Source: Candidatus Karelsulcia muelleri (lineage in GTDB: Bacteria > Bacteroidota > Bacteroidia > Flavobacteriales > Blattabacteriaceae). Taken from it: a stretch of DNA of 32,000 nt. Below the pieces are notes generated by a model. That model was not told the origin of the DNA. It saw only the letters and a list, made by a program, of their open reading frames with translations, and did no database searches. The position numbers were made by a program, and so were the translations under genes. The stretch is taken from contig NZ_CP029011.1 of NCBI RefSeq assembly GCF_003214255.1, positions 210,001 to 242,000 of the forward strand, in the 5' to 3' direction. This document shows positions 25,680-32,000 of this stretch, in pieces; position 1 is the stretch's first letter; each line of letters starts with the position of its first letter.

Positions 25680-27767
25680 ATGAATAATTTAAAATATACA
25701 AGAAATATAGGAATAGCTGCTCATATTGATGCAGGAAAAACTACTACTACAGAACGGATTCTATTTTATACTGGAATAACTCATAAAATTGGTGAAGTCC
25801 ATGAGGGAACAGCTACTATGGATTGGATGAAACAAGAACAAGAAAGAGGAATAACAATTACTTCTGCTGCTACAAAATGTGAATGGATTTATAATAAAAA
25901 AAAATATAAAATTAATATTATTGATACCCCAGGACATGTAGATTTTACTGTTGAAGTCGAAAGATCTTTAAGAGTATTAGATGGAATGGTAGCTTTATTT
26001 AGTGCAGTAGACGGAGTAGAACCCCAATCAGAAACAGTTTGGAGACAAGCAGATAAATATAAAGTTCCTAGAATAGGATTTATTAATAAAATGGATAGAC
26101 AAGGAGCAGATTTTTTTAATGTGTGTAAACAAATAACTAAAAATTTAGGTGCACATTGTTTAATATTACAAATTCCTATTGGGAAAGAAAATGAATTTAA
26201 AGGAGTAGTAGATATTATTGCTAAAAAAGCAATAATTTGGGAAGAAGAAAATTATGGGACAGTTTATAAAAACATTCCGATTCCTGATGAATTATTAGAT
26301 ATAACTAATAAATATAGAAATATTCTGTTAGAAACAATATCTGAATACGATTATGATATAATGAATAAATTTTTTGATAATCCTAATAAGATTTCAGAAA
26401 AAGAAATAATTGCTTCTATAAAAAGATCTACTTTAAATATTGAAATTGTTCCTATTATTTGTGGTTCTTCTTTTAAGAATAAAGGTGTTCAAGTAATGTT
26501 AGATACTATTTGTAGATATTTACCATCTCCAATTGAGATCAAAGAAATAAAAGGGATAAACCCAAAAACAGAAAAAGAAGAAATAAGAAAACCGAATTTT
26601 AAGGAACCTTTCTCTGCATTGGCTTTTAAAATAGCTACTGATTCTTTTGTAGGGCGTTTAGCTTTTTTTCGTGTTTATTCTGGAATAATAAAATCTGGAA
26701 CATATGTTTTGAACGCTAGATCAGGGAATAAAGAACGAATATCAAGAATATATCAAATGCATGCTAATAAACAAAATCCTGTAGCTTATATTGAAGCGGG
26801 AGATATAGGAGCTGCAGTAGGATTTAAAAATATAAAAACTGGGGATACATTATGTGATGAAAATTTTCCAATAATTTTTGAAAATATTTCTTTTCCTGAT
26901 CCAGTAATTGGAGTAGCTATTGAACCAAAATATAAATCTGATATTGAGAAAATGAGTTTATCATTAACTAAATTAGCAGAAGAAGATCCTACTTTTCAAG
27001 TACGAAATGATAAATCGACTGGACAAACAATAATATCAGGAATGGGAGAATTACATTTAGAAATAATTTTAGATAGATTAGAAAGAGAATTTAAAATAAA
27101 AGTTAACAAAGGAAATCCTCAAGTAGAATATAAAGAAGCATTAACGAATTCCATTAAACAGAGAGAAATATATAAAAAACAAACTGGAGGACGAGGCAAA
27201 TATGCAGATATATTTTTTAAATTAGAACCTGGCAAAGAAGGCTCTCAAGGATTAGAATTTCTAAATAAAGTAAAAGGAGGAAATATTCCAAAAGAATATA
27301 TACCTTCAATAGAAAAAGCATTTAAAGAAGCTATGAAAATAGGTCCTTTATCAGGATCAGAAATAGAAAATGCTAAAATTATTTTAATAGATGGGTCATA
27401 TCATTCTGTTGATTCGGATCAACTGTCTTTTGAATTAGCTAGTAAAATTGGTTTTAAAAAAGCTGCCAAAAAAGCAAATCCTATTCTTTTAGAACCTATA
27501 ATGAAGGTAGAAGTATTAACTCCTCCAGAAAATATGGGATCTATTGTAGGAGATTTAAATAGAAGAAGAGGAATTATTCAAGGTATGGAAGAAAATATGA
27601 TAAATTTAAAAATTATAAAAGCTTTAGTGCCTTTATCAGAACTTTTTGGATATGTAACTATTTTACGGACATTATCTTCTGGAAGAGCAACATCTACAAT
27701 GGAATTTTTTAATTATAAACCAGCCCCAGCTAATGTAGCTGAAAAATTTATTTTAAATAAAAAATGA
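25680..27767 (+). CDS. fusA: Translation elongation factor G
   Basis: 695-aa ORF with motifs [41 protein letters not shown] and NKMDR, plus complete domains II-V. It ends in TGA. Confidence 0.97.
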   Translation: MNNLKYTRNIGIAAHIDAGKTTTTERILFYTGITHKIGEVHEGTATMDWMKQEQERGITITSAATKCEWIYNKKKYKINIIDTPGHVDFTVEVERSLRVLDGMVALFSAVDGVEPQSETVWRQADKYKVPRIGFINKMDRQGADFFNVCKQITKNLGAHCLILQIPIGKENEFKGVVDIIAKKAIIWEEENYGTVYKNIPIPDELLDITNKYRNILLETISEYDYDIMNKFFDNPNKISEKEIIASIKRSTLNIEIVPIICGSSFKNKGVQVMLDTICRYLPSPIEIKEIKGINPKTEKEEIRKPNFKEPFSALAFKIATDSFVGRLAFFRVYSGIIKSGTYVLNARSGNKERISRIYQMHANKQNPVAYIEAGDIGAAVGFKNIKTGDTLCDENFPIIFENISFPDPVIGVAIEPKYKSDIEKMSLSLTKLAEEDPTFQVRNDKSTGQTIISGMGELHLEIILDRLEREFKIKVNKGNPQVEYKEALTNSIKQREIYKKQTGGRGKYADIFFKLEPGKEGSQGLEFLNKVKGGNIPKEYIPSIEKAFKEAMKIGPLSGSEIENAKIILIDGSYHSVDSDQLSFELASKIGFKKAAKKANPILLEPIMKVEVLTPPENMGSIVGDLNRRRGIIQGMEENMINLKIIKALVPLSELFGYVTILRTLSSGRATSTMEFFNYKPAPANVAEKFILNKK

Positions 27768-27779
27768 AAATTTAATATT

Positions 27780-28091
27780 ATGAAGATTATTAAGAAGATA
27801 AAAATAAAATTAAAATCATATGATCATTATATTTTAGAAAAATCTTCTGAAAAAATAGTAAAATCTATTTTCCCCACTGGAGCCAAAATAAATGGACCAA
27901 TTCCATTACCTACTAAAATTAAAATTTTTACAGTCTTAAGATCTCCTCATGTTCATAAAAAATCTCGTGAACAATTTAAATTATCAAGTCATTTCAGATT
28001 TTTAGAAGTATATAATGTTTGCTCATCTACTGTAGATGTTTTAATGAAATTAGAATTAGCTAGTGGGGTAGAAATAGAGATTAAAATTTAA
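27780..28091 (+). CDS. rpsJ: 30S ribosomal protein S10
   Basis: 103-aa ORF with [31 protein letters not shown] and GVEIEIK. Confidence 0.95.
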   Translation: MKIIKKIKIKLKSYDHYILEKSSEKIVKSIFPTGAKINGPIPLPTKIKIFTVLRSPHVHKKSREQFKLSSHFRFLEVYNVCSSTVDVLMKLELASGVEIEIKI

Positions 28092-28093
28092 TA

Positions 28094-28711
28094 ATGTTAG
28101 GAATAATAGGTAAAAAGATTGGAATGACTAGTTTTTTTGATGAAAAAGGATTAAAGGTGCCTTGTACAATAATAGTAGCAGGTCCCTGTTTTGTTTTACA
28201 AAAAAAAACATTAAAAAAAGATGGATATAATTCTTATCAGATAGGATTTGAAGAAAAAAAAATAAAAAAAACTAATAAATCTTTATTAGGTCATTTTAAA
28301 AAATTTAAATCTACACCTAAAAAAAAAATAGTGGAATTTTCATTAAAAAAAGAATTAAAATCAGGAGATATAATTAAAGTAGATATTTTTAATGAAAACG
28401 AGTTAGTTGATATTACAGGTTTTTCTAAAGGAAAAGGGTTTCAAGGAGTAATTAAACGGCATGGGTTTTCAGGTGTAGGAGAAAAATCTCATGGTCAACA
28501 TAATAGATATCGTGCCCCGGGATCTATAGGTGCTGGGTCTGATCCTTCAAGAGTTTTTAAAGGAACTAGAATGGCTGGCAGAATGGGAAATAAAAAAGTA
28601 ACTATAAAAAAGTTAAAAATATTAAAAATCGATTTATTGAAAAATTTATTAATTATAAAAGGATCAGTTCCTGGCACTAAAAACTCTTTTTTAAAAATAA
28701 AAAAAACTTAA
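28094..28711 (+). CDS. rplC: 50S ribosomal protein L3
   Basis: 205-aa ORF with [39 protein letters not shown] and RMAGRMG. Confidence 0.95.
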   Translation: MLGIIGKKIGMTSFFDEKGLKVPCTIIVAGPCFVLQKKTLKKDGYNSYQIGFEEKKIKKTNKSLLGHFKKFKSTPKKKIVEFSLKKELKSGDIIKVDIFNENELVDITGFSKGKGFQGVIKRHGFSGVGEKSHGQHNRYRAPGSIGAGSDPSRVFKGTRMAGRMGNKKVTIKKLKILKIDLLKNLLIIKGSVPGTKNSFLKIKKT

Positions 28712-28714
28712 AAA

Positions 28715-29350
28715 ATGAAATTAAATATTATTAATAAGAATGGATTTGAAACAGGAAGATTTTTAAAAATAAAAAATGATTCTTTAAAAGAAAAAAAAAA
28801 TCACATTATTTATCTTGAAATAAAAAGATATTTTTCTGCACAAAGACAAGGCACAAAGAAATCTAAAGAAAGAAGTGAAATAACAGGTAGTACAAAAAAA
28901 ATTCAACGTCAAAAAGGAAGTGGAAATGCAAGAAAAGGAAATATAAAAAATCCTCTCTTTAGATCTGGGGGAAGAATTTTTGGCCCTAAACCCAAAAAAT
29001 TTAATTTTAAATTAAATAAACTTTTTAAAGTGTTAGCTAAAAAATTATTAATTTCTTTTAAAATCCAAAAAAATAAAGTAAAAATATTAGAAGATTTTTT
29101 TTTAAAAAAAAAAAAAACATTTTTAATAAAAAAATTGATAACAACTCTTAATTTAGAAAAAAAAAAATTATTAATTATAATTAATAATAATAAAAAAGAT
29201 AAAAATTTTTTTATTGCTTCTAGAAATTTAAAGTTATTAAATGTAATTTCAATTGAAGAATTAAATATTTTTTATTTAGCAAATTATGATTATTTAATTT
29301 TTTTTGAAAGCGTTTTTAAAAAATTATTTAAATTATTTAATATTAAGTAA
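28715..29350 (+). CDS. rplD: 50S ribosomal protein L4
   Basis: 211-aa ORF with AQRQGTKKSKERSEITGSTKKIQRQKGSGNARKGNIKNPLFRSGGRIFGPKP, the uL4 core loop. It holds the S10-operon position between rplC and rplW. The C-terminal half is degenerate. Confidence 0.9.
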   Translation: MKLNIINKNGFETGRFLKIKNDSLKEKKNHIIYLEIKRYFSAQRQGTKKSKERSEITGSTKKIQRQKGSGNARKGNIKNPLFRSGGRIFGPKPKKFNFKLNKLFKVLAKKLLISFKIQKNKVKILEDFFLKKKKTFLIKKLITTLNLEKKKLLIIINNNKKDKNFFIASRNLKLLNVISIEELNIFYLANYDYLIFFESVFKKLFKLFNIK

Positions 29351-29355
29351 TTATT

Positions 29356-29904
29356 ATGTTAATAAATATAAAAAAAAAATTTTCCAATAAAAAATTGGAT
29401 CCTTTTTTTACTTTTAAAGTACCTTTATTTTATAATAAAAAAGAAATTAAAAAATTAATATATAAAATATATAATATTAATTTTAATAATATAAAAACTA
29501 TGATTTATTGTAATTTAAAAAAAAGTAAAAAAGGAGTTTTAAAAATAAATAAATTTAAAAAAGTAATTTTAAAATTAAAACAAGATTATAAATTCAAAAT
29601 TTTTAATAAATTGAAAATAAAGGCTAATTTAGAGAAATTCAAAATTTTTAATAAATTGAAAATAAATTATAATTTAGATAAATTAAAAATTTTAAATAAA
29701 TTGAAAAACTTTTCTTCTTTAGAATTAGAAGAATTATTAAAAATTTTTAATAAATTGAAAAAATATTTTAATTATTTTAATTTAGGTATTTTAAAAAATT
29801 TTAATAAATTTAAAAAATGTTCTCAGTTAGAGAGATTAAAAATTTTTAATCAATTGAAAAAAAGTTTTAATTTATCTAATATAAAAGAAACGAAACTAAA
29901 TTAA
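29356..29904 (+). CDS. rplW: 50S ribosomal protein L23 with repeat-built C-terminal extension
   Basis: It lies between rplD and rplB. The first ~85 aa are L23-like (FTFKV, NKKEIKKLIYKIYNI, KKVILKLKQDYKFKIFN). The ORF then continues for ~100 more codons of K-I-F-N-K-L-K-type repeats before the stop at 29902-29904. That gives 182 aa, against ~95-100 aa for typical bacterial L23. Confidence 0.8.
   Translation: MLINIKKKFSNKKLDPFFTFKVPLFYNKKEIKKLIYKIYNINFNNIKTMIYCNLKKSKKGVLKINKFKKVILKLKQDYKFKIFNKLKIKANLEKFKIFNKLKINYNLDKLKILNKLKNFSSLELEELLKIFNKLKKYFNYFNLGILKNFNKFKKCSQLERLKIFNQLKKSFNLSNIKETKLN
29593..29870 (+). repeat. Degenerate 45-54-bp tandem repeats forming the rplW 3' extension
   Basis: The core aaaatttttaataaattgaaaa recurs with copy starts at 29593, 29638, 29683, 29737 and 29836, plus a degenerate copy near 29790. 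Copies 1 and 2 are 41/45 identical by my alignment. Confidence 0.9.
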
Positions 29905-29945
29905 ATTAAATTAAATTAAATTAAATTAAATTAAATTAAATTAAA
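29897..29945. repeat. (TAAAT)9.8 pentanucleotide microsatellite between rplW and rplB
   Basis: Nine perfect TAAAT units at 29897-29941, plus a partial taaa. The tract contains the rplW stop codon (29902-29904) and runs into the A-tract before the rplB ATG at 29951. Confidence 0.97.
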
Positions 29946-29950
29946 AAAAA

Positions 29951-30769
29951 ATGTCAATTAAAAAAAAAAAACCGATTACTTCAAGTCAAAGATTCAAAAT
30001 AATAAATTCATTTAAAGAAATTACAAAACATTTTCCTGAAAAAACTCTTTCTAGAGGAAAAAAGAAAACAGGAGGTAGAAATAATTGTGGCAAAATGACT
30101 ATAAGATATAGAGGGGGAGGCCATAAAAAAAAATATAGAAGAATAGATTATAAAAGAAATAAATTTGGGATTCCGGCTATAATAAAATCTATAGAATATG
30201 ATCCTAATAGATCAAGTTTTATATCTCTTTTATTTTATAAAGATGGAGAAAAAAGATATATTTTATCAATTGATGGATTAGAAATAGGAAAAAAAATTAT
30301 TTCAGATAAATATACTATTCCGGAATTAGGAAATGCAATGTATATTATGAATATTCCTTTAGGAACTATAATTTCTTGTGTAGAACTTTTTACTGGAAAA
30401 GGAGCAATTTTTGCACGGAGTGCAGGGGCATATGTGCAATTAATTGCAAAATCAGAAAAATTCTCTACTATAAAATTACCTTCTGGAGAAACTCGGATGG
30501 TGTCTTCAAACTGTATGGCAACTATAGGATCAATTGCTAATTCTGATCATAAATTAGAAATTGATGGCAAAGCAGGAAGAAAACGTTGGTTAGGAAAAAG
30601 ACCTAGAACTAGAGGAGTAGCTATGAATCCAGTTGACCATCCAATGGGTGGTGGTGAAGGAAAGGCATCTGGAGGACATCCTAGAAATAGAAATGGACTT
30701 CCATCTAATGGATTTAAAACCCGTGATAAAAAAAAAAAATCCAATAAATTTATTATAAAGAAAAAATAA
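29951..30769 (+). CDS. rplB: 50S ribosomal protein L2
   Basis: 272-aa ORF with [54 protein letters not shown] and GHP. Confidence 0.96.
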   Translation: MSIKKKKPITSSQRFKIINSFKEITKHFPEKTLSRGKKKTGGRNNCGKMTIRYRGGGHKKKYRRIDYKRNKFGIPAIIKSIEYDPNRSSFISLLFYKDGEKRYILSIDGLEIGKKIISDKYTIPELGNAMYIMNIPLGTIISCVELFTGKGAIFARSAGAYVQLIAKSEKFSTIKLPSGETRMVSSNCMATIGSIANSDHKLEIDGKAGRKRWLGKRPRTRGVAMNPVDHPMGGGEGKASGGHPRNRNGLPSNGFKTRDKKKKSNKFIIKKK

Positions 30770-30783
30770 ATAAAATAATTATT

Positions 30784-31068
30784 ATGCCACGTTCATTAAA
30801 AAAAGGTCCATATGTTAATTTAAAATTAAAAAAAAAAATTTTATTAAATAATTTAAATGTAAATAGAAAAAAAGTTATAAAAACTTGGTCCAGATCTTCT
30901 ACTATTATTCCTGAATTTATTGGAAATACAATATTAGTTTATAATGGAAAAATTTTTATACCAGTATATATTTCTGAAAATATGATAGGACATAAATTAG
31001 GGGAATTTTCTCCTACTAGAATTTTTAGAGGGCATTCAGGATTTAAAAAAAAAATAAAAAAAAAATAA
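30784..31068 (+). CDS. rpsS: 30S ribosomal protein S19
   Basis: 94-aa ORF with [35 protein letters not shown] and [15 protein letters not shown]. Confidence 0.95.
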   Translation: MPRSLKKGPYVNLKLKKKILLNNLNVNRKKVIKTWSRSSTIIPEFIGNTILVYNGKIFIPVYISENMIGHKLGEFSPTRIFRGHSGFKKKIKKK

Positions 31069-31069
31069 T

Positions 31070-31477
31070 ATGATAATAAAAAATAAAAAACAAACTAAAT
31101 CTGATTTAAGATTAAGATTAAGATCAGTAGTTAATCTGAAAAAGATTTCATGTTCTCCCCGAAAATTACGTTTAATAACTGATTTAATTAGGACTGAAAA
31201 AGTAGAAGATTCAATATTAAAACTTAATTTTATTAAAAAAAAAGGTTCAATTTTAATAAAAAAAATTTTGTTATCAGCTATGGCTAATTGGAAAAATAAA
31301 AATTTTGAAAAAGATATTTCTAATTATAATTTTTATATAGAAAAAATTTTAGTAAATCAAGGGACTCAGTTGAAAAAGATTCGTCCTGCACCTAAAGGTA
31401 GAGGGGTTAAAATTAGAAAAAGATATAGCAATATCTATATTACTATAATTGGAAAATTAATTAATTATGGGACATAA
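31070..31477 (+). CDS. rplV: 50S ribosomal protein L22
   Basis: 135-aa ORF with [16 protein letters not shown], the [24 protein letters not shown] hairpin region, and the expected S10-operon position. Confidence 0.9.
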   Translation: MIIKNKKQTKSDLRLRLRSVVNLKKISCSPRKLRLITDLIRTEKVEDSILKLNFIKKKGSILIKKILLSAMANWKNKNFEKDISNYNFYIEKILVNQGTQLKKIRPAPKGRGVKIRKRYSNIYITIIGKLINYGT

Positions 31478-32000
31478 AGTAAACACATTATCCAATCGTT
31501 TAGGATTAATTTTTGGTTGGCAATCTCTTTGGAGTAACAATTATCCAGAAAGAATAAAAGAAGATTTTAAATTAAGAAAATATTTAGAAAATCGTTTAGC
31601 AAAATATAATGTATCTAGAATTTATATTGAAAGAAATTTAAATAGAGTAAATATTACTATTTCAACTTCTAGGCCTGCAATGATAATTGGAAAAGGAGGT
31701 GAGGAAGTAGAAAAATTAAAAAAAGAATTAAAAGTTTTGACTAAAAAAGTAATTCAAATAAATATATTTGAAATAAAAAACCCAGAATTAGATGCTGTAT
31801 TAGTTGCTAAAACTATAGCTCGTAAATTAGAAAATAAATTTTCATATAAAAAAGCTATGAAAATTTGTTTAGCTGCTGCTTTACGTTTGAATGCAGAAGG
31901 AATAAAAATTAAAATATCTGGACGTTTGAATGGAGCAGAAATGGCACGAACAGAAACTTATAAAGAAGGGAGAATTCCTTTATCAACTTTTAGAGCAGAT
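31467..32000 (+). CDS. rpsC: 30S ribosomal protein S3 (3' end truncated by window)
   Basis: It is absent from the ORF track because there is no stop in the window. ATG at 31467 overlaps the rplV end by 11 nt. The product begins [20 protein letters not shown] and continues with the KH-like segment [24 protein letters not shown] and [14 protein letters not shown], which is canonical uS3. Confidence 0.93.
   Translation, partial: MGHKVNTLSNRLGLIFGWQSLWSNNYPERIKEDFKLRKYLENRLAKYNVSRIYIERNLNRVNITISTSRPAMIIGKGGEEVEKLKKELKVLTKKVIQINIFEIKNPELDAVLVAKTIARKLENKFSYKKAMKICLAAALRLNAEGIKIKISGRLNGAEMARTETYKEGRIPLSTFRAD

Noticed and set aside
28495-28677. 60-aa ORF antisense to rplC
   Set aside because: It is a shadow ORF inside the conserved L3 gene.
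30547-30744. 65-aa Pro/Gly-rich ORF antisense to rplB
   Set aside because: It is the complement of the Gly/Pro-rich conserved L2 C-terminus, which is a classic shadow ORF.
1-32000. Alternative genetic code (UGA read as Trp), as in some tiny symbiont genomes
   Set aside because: aspC and fusA end at TGA with normal protein lengths. Trp positions in conserved proteins are TGG. All ORFs have orthologue-like lengths under the standard code.
1-32000. Canonical Bacteroidetes promoter consensus (-33 TTTG / -7 TAnnTTTG) or Shine-Dalgarno sites in the spacers
   Set aside because: I could not find convincing matches by eye in any spacer. I therefore made no such promoter or RBS calls, beyond flagging the recurrent (TA)n tracts at low confidence.

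Overview
This is an extremely AT-rich window (roughly 20-25% GC by eye) that is almost entirely coding. About 0.9 kb of the 32 kb lies outside my gene calls, summed from spacer lengths. I call 39 protein genes (the last cut by the window end) and 2 tRNAs. There is no rRNA, mobile element, CRISPR array or defence/secretion locus.

The content is core housekeeping plus amino-acid provisioning:
- sufD-sufS and nusA-infB
- an asd-pheA-aminotransferase-DAHP synthase/chorismate mutase block
- rpsP-rimM-aroA-tRNA-Glu-rpsT
- greA, gyrB, rsmG, aspC, map, rpmF
- nusB-fba-pdhB
- ubiE-rpsO-pnp-rpoD, and rpmE
- a fused str/S10 ribosomal operon: rpsL-rpsG-fusA-rpsJ-rplC-rplD-rplW-rplB-rpsS-rplV-rpsC

Bacteroidetes-type features include the DAHP synthase-chorismate mutase fusion, the absence of tuf after fusA, and the MAHPKRR start of L32. 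Together with the tiny spacers, shortened proteins and AT bias, these point to a highly reduced obligate insect nutritional endosymbiont of the Flavobacteriia, 'Candidatus Sulcia muelleri'-like. That identification is inference and has not been checked by any search. The standard code applies: TGA terminates aspC and fusA, and Trp is TGG.

I do not see a convincing novel multi-gene system here; this looks like an ordinary core region of a minimal genome. The points worth a second look are small-scale:
1. A ~100-codon repeat-built C-terminal extension on ribosomal protein L23, ending in a (TAAAT)~10 microsatellite.
2. The one large spacer (about 20.0-20.4 kb), which holds a 53-bp tandem repeat with nested 15-bp repeats and an orphan hydrophobic ORF.
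3. A hexanucleotide-repeat-encoded acidic tract in the sigma-70 N-terminus.
4. Recurring (TA)4-5 tracts 15-45 bp upstream of operon-leading genes, which are candidate promoter elements.
5. Several slippage-type duplications, long homopolymers inside essential genes, and extreme gene packing with overlapping convergent and near-abutting divergent genes.
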